Source of the DNA: a virus | Taxonomy: Duplodnaviria > Caudoviricetes | Length of the DNA stretch: 43,461 nt | Direction: 5' to 3' (one strand) | IMG/VR virus record: IMGVR_UViG_3300037424_003018 | Span: 1 to 43,461 of that record | In this document: in pieces, positions 16,738 to 25,707 of the stretch | Numbering within the stretch: position 1 is the first letter of the stretch | Layout of the letters: every line of letters begins with the position of its first letter | The notes under the pieces: model-generated | Database searches by the model: none | Told to the model about the DNA's origin: nothing | The model's input: the letters and a program-made list of their open reading frames with translations, nothing else | Translations under genes and position numbers: made by a program

Positions 16738-18407
16738 ATTTACGACCATACCAAACAGGGGCTTTAGAAGCCATCAAGAATCGAACCGTCCAGAGAGGCG
16801 TTGTCGCCTTGCCCACCGGTACCGGCAAAGGCCATATCGCCGGGCATATCACCGAGGCATTGAATACAAAGAAGATTCTCTATCTTGCCCACAGGGCAGA
16901 ACTCATTGACCAGCTTGCCGACCATGTGGAGCGTGTATTGGGCTTCGGTTCGGTAGAGATTGAACAGGCCGAAACAAGGTCTTATGGCTGCACGCCCGCT
17001 GTGGTCGCTTCTGTGCCCACTCTGGTAGCGTTCGGATGTAAACGGCTTAATAAGTTCAAGCCCGGCCGGTTTGATGCGGTTGTAGTGGACGAAGCACACC
17101 ACGGAACCGCAGAATCTTATCTTACAATCTGGCGACATTTCGGCTTCCTGGATGACAAAAACCAGAAGACGGACAATCCACCGATACCGCTGATCGGTCT
17201 GACAGCCACGCCCGGCCGTGGTGATGGAGTCGGATTAAACAACGTATTCGATGACATCCTTTACCAGATGTCTTTGCAGCAGGCTATAGAGCAAGGCTGG
17301 CTGGTACCGGTGAATGCCTGGACGGTCAAGACAAAGACCTCTCTGGACTCCGTCAGGACACGCCTGGGCGATTATGCCGAGGGTGAACTGGCAAAGGCGG
17401 TATCGACCGACGACAGAACCGAGATAATCATCGGCGCTTATCGGGAATATGCCGAGGGTTTGAAGTCATTGATATTTTGCGTCAATATCGAGCATTCAAT
17501 TCAAGTCGCCGATTACTTCAACGGCCACGGGATAAAGTCAAAGCATGTATCCGGTGCGATGAAGAAAGAAGAACGTGAGGCGGTTCTGAGTTGGTTCCAC
17601 AAGACGCCCGGTGCCGTGCTAACCAATTGCCAGCTTGTCACTGAGGGCGTTGACATTCCCAGCGTCGAATGTGTCATCATGGCCAGACCGACGAAGAGCA
17701 AGACGCTCTATGCTCAATGTCTGGGCCGTGGTACCCGGCTGGCCAGGGGCGCTGCGAATTATCAGGAATCGGTTGAACTGGGGAAATCCCGGCTGGTACT
17801 GCTGGATATCGTGGACGTGACAAAGGATATCGGCCGGCGTGCGGTGAATATCTCCGATATCTTTGGCGCTCCACTGCCTACGAAGCCGCTCAAGGGTGAA
17901 GAAATGGTTACTGAGGTCAAGGTCCAGCAGCAGCAGATTGAGAATGCCAAGCAAGGCAGGTTCGCTGGGATTGAAGCCACACAGGTCAACCTGTTTGCGA
18001 TGGCCGCGGCGATCCCCGGAGCATCGATGGCATGGATGGACTTTGGGGATGTATTCAGATTGAACCTTGCCAGTCATGGGGATATGTCCATTCAATCAGA
18101 TACACTGGACAGGTGGAGCGCGATTTACAGGGCACCCGGCAGCCGGATTGATACGACGGTACTGGACCAGATAAGCAGCAGGGATGAAGTCGTAAGGAAA
18201 GCCGAGTTGTGGGTTCGGCAGAATTATAACGATGTAATGGCCCTGGTTGATGCCAGTGCCAAGTGGCGTAAAGAGTCACCGTCACCGGCACAGCTTGGCA
18301 TGTGCTACAAACTGCGTATCCCGATACAGGCTGGAATGACCAAAGGTCAAATATCCATGCTGATTGACCGGGCATTGAGTGCGAAAAAACAGAGACAAAT
18401 TTGCTAA
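16734..18407 (+). CDS. SF2 DEAH-box helicase (ResIII/Irc3-like)
   Basis: LRPYQ, PTGTGKG, DEAHH, LTATP, TEGVDIP, QCLGRGTR. Confidence 0.93.
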   Translation: MNLRPYQTGALEAIKNRTVQRGVVALPTGTGKGHIAGHITEALNTKKILYLAHRAELIDQLADHVERVLGFGSVEIEQAETRSYGCTPAVVASVPTLVAFGCKRLNKFKPGRFDAVVVDEAHHGTAESYLTIWRHFGFLDDKNQKTDNPPIPLIGLTATPGRGDGVGLNNVFDDILYQMSLQQAIEQGWLVPVNAWTVKTKTSLDSVRTRLGDYAEGELAKAVSTDDRTEIIIGAYREYAEGLKSLIFCVNIEHSIQVADYFNGHGIKSKHVSGAMKKEEREAVLSWFHKTPGAVLTNCQLVTEGVDIPSVECVIMARPTKSKTLYAQCLGRGTRLARGAANYQESVELGKSRLVLLDIVDVTKDIGRRAVNISDIFGAPLPTKPLKGEEMVTEVKVQQQQIENAKQGRFAGIEATQVNLFAMAAAIPGASMAWMDFGDVFRLNLASHGDMSIQSDTLDRWSAIYRAPGSRIDTTVLDQISSRDEVVRKAELWVRQNYNDVMALVDASAKWRKESPSPAQLGMCYKLRIPIQAGMTKGQISMLIDRALSAKKQRQIC

Positions 18408-18435
18408 AAATCTAAATCGAAAGGAGAATCACACG

Positions 18436-18606
18436 ATGTATTTTACGGCAAAAATTTTATTGTTAATGGCTGGCTGGATGCTGGCGGCATTGTTTGGAAA
18501 TCACAAGGATGAAACCAAAGAAGACGCAAAAACCTTATTTATATATCTTGTTCTGGGACTCATTTTTCTCGGAATAGGCGGCTTCTTGCCGTGGGGCGGA
18601 AAATGA
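18436..18606 (+). CDS. Small two-TM membrane protein
   Basis: AAGGAG RBS; two hydrophobic helices. Confidence 0.65.
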   Translation: MYFTAKILLLMAGWMLAALFGNHKDETKEDAKTLFIYLVLGLIFLGIGGFLPWGGK

Positions 18607-18785
18607 AATCATTTTTTTGCTGGCTATTCGGTCACAACTTCAAAAGCACGGTCGGGCCTGTGGCGGGCTGGCCTACCGGCGTCTTGATGTGCCAGCGTGA
18701 TTCATGCCGCCGTTGTGGCGAAACCTGGATAATGCCGGTAAGAACGTTGACCAAACGAGAGAAAAGAGATTTAGGACTTCGATGA
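18603..18785 (+). CDS. DUF1660-like small zinc protein
   Basis: FFCWLFGH...CRRCG. Confidence 0.65.
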   Translation: MKSFFCWLFGHNFKSTVGPVAGWPTGVLMCQRDSCRRCGETWIMPVRTLTKREKRDLGLR

Positions 18786-19183
18786 AGAAAAAACCAGACA
18801 CATCCAAGCAGTTAACGATTATCGAAGACCGCTTATTAGAAGAGGCTCAACGGCAATTCTGGCGTGATATGGATAAAGTATTTGCCATGCTTAAAGCCGT
18901 ACTGGATAAACACCGGATACCAATTGTCGCCAAGATGGACCTTGACGACTGGAAAAAGACCAAGGCAGCATTTGCCGAGCTGCTCTTTGAGGTGATTGAC
19001 AAGGCCGATGATGACAAACGCAGCGAGCATCACCGGGAAATCCGCATGGAGAAGGACTGGAACTTGACCCGCAAGTTTCCACCGGTGTTTTATGAACTGA
19101 TGCGAATTGCCGCGGTGGATGAATTTTTGAGACGTCATAAAAACCAAAACGATGAATGTTTAATGTCAAAGGAGTCAAGATGA
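18782..19183 (+). CDS. Hypothetical protein
   Basis: AGGA RBS; ATGA overlaps at both ends. Confidence 0.65.
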   Translation: MKKKPDTSKQLTIIEDRLLEEAQRQFWRDMDKVFAMLKAVLDKHRIPIVAKMDLDDWKKTKAAFAELLFEVIDKADDDKRSEHHREIRMEKDWNLTRKFPPVFYELMRIAAVDEFLRRHKNQNDECLMSKESR

Positions 19184-19395
19184 TTAAAAAAGCAGCTTTA
19201 GCAATAGCGTCATATTTACTGATAGTGCTTGGAGTGGTCGGGTCTTGGTTTGTAGTCGACTACTCAGAGCGATTAGAAATCGGCAACACGAAAAACCTAT
19301 GGGCCTTCGGTGTGTTTATTCTTTTGACCGGGCACATCGCTATAGGAGTTTATGGCATAATTAAGGCTGTAGCTCCAGCAGACAAGGAGTCTTGA
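19180..19395 (+). CDS. Small two-TM membrane protein
   Basis: AAGGAG RBS; two hydrophobic helices. Confidence 0.7.
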   Translation: MIKKAALAIASYLLIVLGVVGSWFVVDYSERLEIGNTKNLWAFGVFILLTGHIAIGVYGIIKAVAPADKES

Positions 19396-19397
19396 TT

Positions 19398-19670
19398 ATG
19401 AGTAAACACACCAAAATTACAACTACCTATTCCATCGAAAGAAACTGGGATTACCAGCCCCCCAAACATGCTTATGGTTTTGGAGCCGCTATAGTTCTGG
19501 TAGGCATTCTCATGGGTCTTTGCTTGCTGCATCCAAAGTTAACCCCGGCCGATATTGTTCCGATCTGTGCGTGTGCTGGCATCGCCATTTTTGGTGGTTC
19601 CGGGTTAATTGCTATGATTTGGAAGGACCGTCGGTCATACAAAAAACACCGAGCAGAAAAGGGAGAGTAA
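19398..19670 (+). CDS. Small two-TM membrane protein
   Basis: AAGGAG RBS; basic C-terminal tail. Confidence 0.7.
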   Translation: MSKHTKITTTYSIERNWDYQPPKHAYGFGAAIVLVGILMGLCLLHPKLTPADIVPICACAGIAIFGGSGLIAMIWKDRRSYKKHRAEKGE

Positions 19671-20173
19671 TGGCAATTATCCAAAACACAACAGGAACCA
19701 TTGCAATCAACGGCCAACAGATCCGCGGTGTTTATATAGCAGTTATAGATTGCAGTGAGACCAGCGACACAATCAAACAGGCCATCGGCGGCATGAATCG
19801 ACATATTGAGGCGTGTACGTTTACAATATCTGCCGAGTGTGGTAACGCGATAAAAGAATCTGCCAGATGTTTTGGTCGGACCGTTGATGCTTTGAGAGAG
19901 GCAGTCTGTAGTTATATGGTCAATCCGCTTCTTGAAAACCACATAAAGAATTTACCCATACCGCCAGAAATTCAAAGCGATATCTATTTTGGTGGTGTTG
20001 TCGGGATAACCTACCAATGCAATGAGTGGACCTGGGCAGTGAAGTACATCCGGAATCACAAACATTCACAGGCCAGACGTGCAAAAACGTGCAATATTAT
20101 TCGCAAAATTATTCCAATGGCCAGACGGTACGATTTCAACCGAGGCCGTCACTGGAATAGAAAGAGACGGTGA
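19670..20173 (+). CDS. Hypothetical protein
   Basis: GGAG RBS; TAATG overlap. Confidence 0.6.
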   Translation: MAIIQNTTGTIAINGQQIRGVYIAVIDCSETSDTIKQAIGGMNRHIEACTFTISAECGNAIKESARCFGRTVDALREAVCSYMVNPLLENHIKNLPIPPEIQSDIYFGGVVGITYQCNEWTWAVKYIRNHKHSQARRAKTCNIIRKIIPMARRYDFNRGRHWNRKRR

Positions 20174-20177
20174 AGGC

Positions 20178-20474
20178 GTGAGTAATAAAAACTGTACAAA
20201 TTGTGACAAGAGCGGTTGTTTTGAGTGTCGGTTTTATTCAAATTGGAAACCAGCAAAAGTAGCCGATAACGTCAAATATAAATACATCCAATTCGAGCGT
20301 GGAGCGAAACGAAGCTTTTGTTGGACCAACAAAGACTGCGTTCTGCTTGGCAGTGTCGAATATAACGCGAAGTGGAAGCAGTGGGAATTTGTTCCATGCC
20401 AAAACACCGCATTCACGCAGGATTGCTTATTGGACATTGTTGACTATATAAAGAAATTGGAAGCTGAGAAATGA
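20178..20474 (+). CDS. Hypothetical protein
   Basis: GTG start; CTNC..C..C; LGSVEYNAKWKQWEF...CLLDI. Confidence 0.6.
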   Translation: MSNKNCTNCDKSGCFECRFYSNWKPAKVADNVKYKYIQFERGAKRSFCWTNKDCVLLGSVEYNAKWKQWEFVPCQNTAFTQDCLLDIVDYIKKLEAEK

Positions 20475-20864
20475 AACCCGGAAACCCAGAGCTTAAGAGA
20501 TTCAAGACGGCCTGTGAAAAGCTGATAGCCATGTGCGGTATGGTCCACTGGACCCGGACTTACAGGCTCAATGACAGGTTGAGAGATTCAGCGGCCAGGA
20601 CCGATATGCATTTCGGAAAGCTATATGCAGACTTCCAACTCATTGGCCAGAAGATGACAGAGAAGGAATGGCAGATATTCCGATCACCGGAGCACATGGC
20701 CATTCACGAGGTCGGGCATTTGCTGGTCTGTGAATGTACCATATTGATACCCGATGAAAATGAAGCCGAAGAAGCAGGAAGAAATATTAGTTCAGAGATT
20801 TGAAAATATGATATGCTCGATACTGACAGCGAAGCAGATTCGAGCTTTAGGAGAACAACAATGA
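20471..20864 (+). pseudogene. HExxH zincin-like protein with apparent +1 frameshift near 20748-20803
   Basis: AIHEVGHLL; the +1 frame gives QEEILVQRFENMI... ending in an ATGA overlap with the ASCH start. Confidence 0.5.
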
Positions 20865-21322
20865 AAATGAAGTGCATCAGTTTATGGAATCCGTGGGCTT
20901 TTCTGATGGCAATCGATGCGAAGCGGAATGAAACCCGTTCATGGGGTACCGGATACCGGGGGCCATTGGCGATTCACGCAGCCAAAAAATGGAACCGTGA
21001 ACTGCATAAGATTTGCCGGCAAGAGCCATTCATGTCAACATTGAGCCGGGAGAGGCCGAATCGGGGCGGGGCATTTTACTTTGACGATATGCTGAAAATG
21101 ATATTGCCCTTTGGTTCTATTGTTGCGGTTGTTGACTTATATGACTGTCAAGAAATTCGATTTCACAACAGGCCGCATGGCAACGAATTGTATTTTGGAG
21201 ATTACACCGAAGGGCGATTTATGTGGCTGACACGCAATGTCCGGAGACTTGAAACGCCAATTCCATTCACCGGCAGCCAAGGATTTTTTGAAGTTGAGGT
21301 GCCTGATGGCTGTTTACGTTGA
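20861..21322 (+). CDS. ASCH domain protein
   Basis: MKCISLWNPWA, KRNETRSW.T.YRGPLAIHAAK, PIPFTGSQGFF. Confidence 0.92.
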   Translation: MKMKCISLWNPWAFLMAIDAKRNETRSWGTGYRGPLAIHAAKKWNRELHKICRQEPFMSTLSRERPNRGGAFYFDDMLKMILPFGSIVAVVDLYDCQEIRFHNRPHGNELYFGDYTEGRFMWLTRNVRRLETPIPFTGSQGFFEVEVPDGCLR

Positions 21323-21599
21323 TGATATCCAACCCACAGGCCCATACAAAAACCCGAAATGGCCATACCCATCATTTTGCCACTTGATGGCTGACAGCCT
21401 GGACGAACTACACCTATTCGCGTCCAGGCTGATGCTTAGGAAAGCATGGTTTCAGAATCACCCACGGTACCCGCATTACGATTTGACGGAGAATAAACGC
21501 CGTGAAGCGGTACTGCTGGGGGCTGTCGAGAAATCAAGCATTGAACTGATAGGGTATTTCAGAGAGAAAAGATTGCAGGCGGCTGGCAAATTGCTATAA
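21306..21599 (+). CDS. DUF4031-like protein
   Basis: MAVYVD, CHLMADSLDELH.FA, WFQ, PHYDLT...R..AV..GA. Confidence 0.88.
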   Translation: MAVYVDDIQPTGPYKNPKWPYPSFCHLMADSLDELHLFASRLMLRKAWFQNHPRYPHYDLTENKRREAVLLGAVEKSSIELIGYFREKRLQAAGKLL

Positions 21600-21632
21600 T
21601 AGCCAGTAACCAGAAAAAACAGGAGAACCAGT

Positions 21633-22034
21633 ATGAAGCACACTATGGCGTTTGGTAAGTTTAAAATTGCCGTTGCCAGCCCGGCAGAGATGTGTTTTGT
21701 TGCCCCTCCAGACCCGATCTTTTTTCGCAGGCTGGAAATCCGATCTGACAAAATCACGAAGCCGTTGATGGGGAAAATCGCTTTGTTTTTGGCGCCCTAT
21801 ATCGGCACAATAAACAGTGATATATTCAGTGGCTATAAAAAGGGCAAATTGCGGCTGGCTGGCCATTCAATTGTCCAGGACAGGGTAAAACTTCTCTTTG
21901 ACCGCCATGAAACACCCGTTCTTTTCAAAATTGCCGCATTGAAAAGAACGAAGCTGTATGAGAGTAAGAGTTTTTCAGTCATGGTCAAAAAAGTGATTGA
22001 GGCTATCGCTGATGAAAACCTGTCTATAGAATAA
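21633..22034 (+). CDS. Hypothetical protein
   Basis: Strong AGGAG RBS. Confidence 0.7.
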   Translation: MKHTMAFGKFKIAVASPAEMCFVAPPDPIFFRRLEIRSDKITKPLMGKIALFLAPYIGTINSDIFSGYKKGKLRLAGHSIVQDRVKLLFDRHETPVLFKIAALKRTKLYESKSFSVMVKKVIEAIADENLSIE

Positions 22035-22119
22035 AATATTTTCAAAAAATAATTATTTTCTATATTTACAAACAACTGTTTTGACTCAGAATCATAGTAC
22101 GGAAAAGGAATTCTGCACT

Positions 22120-22563
22120 ATGACGAAAGTCAACCAGGACATGACAAATAAAATCGGGGGCGAGCCATTGAGGTTCGAGCTTGGAGAAGGATACCACGTC
22201 CACTTCACAGATTACGGAATTGCCGGCGTGATGATATCCCTTCACCGGCCAGACTGGCCCAGCCTTGACCGTGAAGCCTCTGCCATGCTGCCCAGGGCGG
22301 ATGGAGACAGGCTTCTAAACTGGCTTGAGCGCTGCGTAGGTCGTAAGGCGTTGGCCCTGCCTGTCCAGACACAGGCGATTCTAAAGGGGCTTCTTGAAAG
22401 CGGTGGAATAAAGAAGCTATTGCCCAAGGCGGACCTGAACATTCTCATGCAATCCGTTAAAATCCTCGAGGAACTGGACCAGCTTGACCAGGCACTTGAA
22501 GAGCCAGAGAACCCAGAGACCTTTAATCTCCGTTCACGGGTCCAGAGAGCATTGGAGCGATGA
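22120..22563 (+). CDS. Hypothetical protein, paralog of 11456-11830
   Basis: AAGGA RBS; shared motifs; start could be 22141. Confidence 0.75.
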   Translation: MTKVNQDMTNKIGGEPLRFELGEGYHVHFTDYGIAGVMISLHRPDWPSLDREASAMLPRADGDRLLNWLERCVGRKALALPVQTQAILKGLLESGGIKKLLPKADLNILMQSVKILEELDQLDQALEEPENPETFNLRSRVQRALER

Positions 22564-23255
22564 TGGAAAAGATTAAGGCAATCAAGACGAAGTATTTCAG
22601 GCTGGGCGATTTAAACCCGGCACCCTATAACCCCCGGACGATTCGCCGAGAGAACAAGGACAGCTTACGAACGTCTCTGGCAAAGTATGGCTGCGTTGAA
22701 GATATCATTGTGAACATCCGCGGTGGAGAGAACGTCATAGTTGGCGGGCATCAGCGATACAATATCGTACTCGAGGCCAACGGACCAGACGAAAAATGGC
22801 CATGCAAAGTGGTTAATTTAAACCTTGAGGATGAAAAGGCGCTTAATCTGGCACTGAACAGCCCCTATCTGCAAGGAGAATTCAGCGACAATCTGCCGGA
22901 ACATATCCAGCAGCTTAGAGACCAACTGACAGACAAAGAACTCTTTATCCGGCTCAGGCTGGACCAGCTCAAAGGCGATCTGGAAAAAGGCGGCATCAAA
23001 GCTGAAGATGGAGAGCAAGAATTTACCCGCGAGATCCTCGAGGAAAACAACTACCTCGTTTTCACGTTCAACAGCAAATTGGATTGGCAAGTTGCCCAGG
23101 AACTGTTTGGGTTAAAGTCTGTTCAGTCTCTGGATTCAAAGAAGGGATACCGTAAATGCGGTATTGGCCGGGTACTGTCGGGCAGCAAGCTTATACAGGC
23201 CATGCAAGGAGTGAAGCCGGATGATTTTTATACCGAGCTACAAACGACCCGCTGA
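22560..23255 (+). CDS. ParB N-terminal (Srx-like) domain protein
   Basis: LNPAPYNPR, SLAKYGCVEDIIVN, IVGGHQR, EKALNLALN. Confidence 0.9.
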   Translation: MMEKIKAIKTKYFRLGDLNPAPYNPRTIRRENKDSLRTSLAKYGCVEDIIVNIRGGENVIVGGHQRYNIVLEANGPDEKWPCKVVNLNLEDEKALNLALNSPYLQGEFSDNLPEHIQQLRDQLTDKELFIRLRLDQLKGDLEKGGIKAEDGEQEFTREILEENNYLVFTFNSKLDWQVAQELFGLKSVQSLDSKKGYRKCGIGRVLSGSKLIQAMQGVKPDDFYTELQTTR

Positions 23256-23937
23256 CTGTAAGGCCGCCAAGCTGCTCAGCAAGGCTGTAATCTGTTGCCA
23301 TCAATCCGAGTTGGGCGAATATACCCGGTTCAACTCGAACCAGATACAGGCCATCCCAGACGCATTGGCAGGCAAGGGAATGGGAGCAATCCGGAACTGG
23401 ATACTCGATAACAATTCACCGGCCGTCAATATCCTCATGGTTGACGATGATGTTACCGGGATAGGCTACTACGAAGGACAACAGAGAATAAAGCTCAATG
23501 AAGTCCAGATTTATGAGCTTATCGAAAACGCTTTCCGGATGTGCAAGGAACTTGGAACGGTTCTTTGGGGATTAAATCTGCTATTCGATAAACAGGCATA
23601 CCGGGAATACAGCCCATTCAGCCTGACTTCGGTAGTCCTGGGGCCATTCATGGGCATCATCCACAATCCGATCAGGTTCGATGAAGCCCTGGGACTCAAA
23701 GAGGATTTCGACTACTCAATTCAAGTGCTCAATAAATACCGGAAAATCCTCAGATTCAACAAATACCATTACACAGTCGGGCACCTGGTCGGAAAAGGCG
23801 GATGCACGGCCTATCGAACCACGGCCAAAGAGAAGCAGCAGAGAGAACGGTTTACCAAAAAATGGGGGTCAAAAATAGTGAAGTTCAGAGACGGGGACAC
23901 AAACCCGATAATTAAAGTCCCGATATCAGGGATATAA
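23221..23937 (+). CDS. TAGT/GREB1-like GT-A glycosyltransferase
   Basis: IFIPSYKR, RNWILD, MVDDD, KEDFDYSIQ, GGC..YR, KKWG. Confidence 0.82.
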   Translation: MIFIPSYKRPADCKAAKLLSKAVICCHQSELGEYTRFNSNQIQAIPDALAGKGMGAIRNWILDNNSPAVNILMVDDDVTGIGYYEGQQRIKLNEVQIYELIENAFRMCKELGTVLWGLNLLFDKQAYREYSPFSLTSVVLGPFMGIIHNPIRFDEALGLKEDFDYSIQVLNKYRKILRFNKYHYTVGHLVGKGGCTAYRTTAKEKQQRERFTKKWGSKIVKFRDGDTNPIIKVPISGI

Positions 23938-24086
23938 AAAAACAGAGGTGCCGACGCGGACGGTAAGCGTTGGACTGACCGCCTGCCTGATAGTTACGAG
24001 CTACCAGGCATTTTATCACGTCGGCCTTAATCAAAGTTGCAAGGTGTGGGATTATAGTAAAGCGTTGGAGAAAGTGAAAGTTAATT

Positions 24087-24749
24087 TTGTCAGAGTCAGA
24101 GGTACTGGCTTATGCAAGAAAACAGAGACATGCCAAGCTGCTGGAGAAAATACGAAACAGCATAGGACTGTCAGTCTCTGAACTTGCGGAGCTTGAAGAG
24201 TACGAAATAGAGGCAGATATGCCAAAAACCAAGCCGATTCCAGGCAAAACAAAGATTGCTTCCGTAGAGCAACGATATGAGCTATTTGCCAGAGAGTATG
24301 TCAAAGACTTCAATGCTACACAGGCAGCAATCAGGGCAGGGTATAGCAAGAAGACAGCGAACCCACAGGCGGCCAGATTATTAACAATTGTTAGCGTCCT
24401 GGAAAAAATAGAAAAGTACAAAGCCAAGGCGGTAAAAACCGCAGAGCTGTCATTGGCGTCGGTCCTTGAGGAAACCAAGAAACTTGCTTTTTCTAACATC
24501 GGCAGATACATTGAATTCAATTCATCGGGGATAAAGGTCAATGATTCATCGGCATTAAACATGGACGAACTGGCCTGCATAGCCGAGGTATCAGAGCACG
24601 CGGTGACGAAGAAACGAAAGTCAATCAAGTTCAAATTGCATGACAAGGCCAAGGCCCTGAATACGCTGCTTGAGTACTTTAAAGACATGCCAGGCACCGG
24701 ACCCGAAGAACGCAAGGTTATCCGGATGCCGCTGCAAATCAAAAAGTAA
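24087..24749 (+). CDS. terS: Terminase small subunit
   Basis: FAREYVKDFNATQAAIRAGYSKKTA; KLHDKAKAL. Confidence 0.92.
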   Translation: MSESEVLAYARKQRHAKLLEKIRNSIGLSVSELAELEEYEIEADMPKTKPIPGKTKIASVEQRYELFAREYVKDFNATQAAIRAGYSKKTANPQAARLLTIVSVLEKIEKYKAKAVKTAELSLASVLEETKKLAFSNIGRYIEFNSSGIKVNDSSALNMDELACIAEVSEHAVTKKRKSIKFKLHDKAKALNTLLEYFKDMPGTGPEERKVIRMPLQIKK

Positions 24750-24816
24750 TATCATTCCATTTTGCCCGCTCTTACATTCAGGCTTTAAGAATAACAATTA
24801 TTTAGGAGCATGAACG

Positions 24817-25119
24817 ATGAGTGACCCGGTATTGAGCGGCGGCAATGTGAATGCGAGTTCCGGCAGTTGGGGCTTGGTCAAGGTGACAATAGACAATCCA
24901 GCCGCGGCGATCAGCCCAGCAAGCAGGCCATGCAAATCAGCAAAAATATATCATCTCAGCGGTACAGCCACGTTTGTAGCTCCCACCGCGGCGGCTGCAA
25001 CTGACCTTCCACTTCCGACCACACTGGCCGAGGCGTTCACCATAGCAATTGAGAATCTCAATCAGTTGTCGTTTTTTGGTACTGCCGGCGACGTGGTAAT
25101 GATTATCTGGCGGAATTAG
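24817..25119 (+). CDS. Small beta-rich putative virion protein
   Basis: AGGAG RBS; IENLNQLSFFGTAGDVVMIIW. Confidence 0.7.
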   Translation: MSDPVLSGGNVNASSGSWGLVKVTIDNPAAAISPASRPCKSAKIYHLSGTATFVAPTAAAATDLPLPTTLAEAFTIAIENLNQLSFFGTAGDVVMIIWRN

Positions 25120-25122
25120 CCG

Positions 25123-25707
25123 ATGAAACAGATTGTAATTTCATTCCTGCTCATTCAGGCAATCGGCTTTAGTGCTTTGCGTGCCGACATCAACCACGAT
25201 GGCCGGGTGGACTTGGCAGACTTAGCGATATTGGCCAGTGAATGGCTGCAAGAAGATCGGAGTGTCGGTATGAGATTAGGCGAAAACAATACGGTTGGCT
25301 GGTTTGATTCCGAGATCGGATGGACCATAACAGATGAATTAAACGACATATCCATAGCGGCTGGAATTGCATTATTCTCCATACCAGAAGGCGGCGGAGC
25401 AAGCATGGAAAGATTGCTGGCTGGTCTGGAAGTCGGCGAGATATACCGATTTGCTTTTGATGTGGCTGATATAGAGGGTGACCTTCCTGAATCCGAGGCA
25501 TATGGCGCATTTTGCGGGCATAACGTTTTATTTAACACAGCAGGAAGTTATTATGCAGATATTGTTTATGATGGAATCGGGCACGTGATATTTTATTGCA
25601 CTGGGTTTGATCCGGAAGCGTCAATCCGACTCACTAACTTATCGATATGCAAAATATACCGTTCTGTGTCTGGCAATGAAGAGTTATCCGAGGCGTGGGG
25701 ATGGTGA
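25123..25707 (+). CDS. Signal peptide, dockerin-like motif and CBM-like domain protein
   Basis: MKQIVISFLLIQAIGFSALRA; DINHDGRVDLADLAILASEWL; LEVGEIYRFAFDV...LTNLSI. Confidence 0.8.
   Translation: MKQIVISFLLIQAIGFSALRADINHDGRVDLADLAILASEWLQEDRSVGMRLGENNTVGWFDSEIGWTITDELNDISIAAGIALFSIPEGGGASMERLLAGLEVGEIYRFAFDVADIEGDLPESEAYGAFCGHNVLFNTAGSYYADIVYDGIGHVIFYCTGFDPEASIRLTNLSICKIYRSVSGNEELSEAWGW

Noticed and set aside
20754-20872. ATGAAAATGAAG 12-bp direct repeat (20754 and 20861)
   Set aside because: Low-complexity; cannot be distinguished from chance.
25258-25668. RSV peptide flanking the CBM-like domain as a third target-site duplication
   Set aside because: Codons differ (CGGAGTGTC vs CGTTCTGTG); no in-frame nucleotide repeat.
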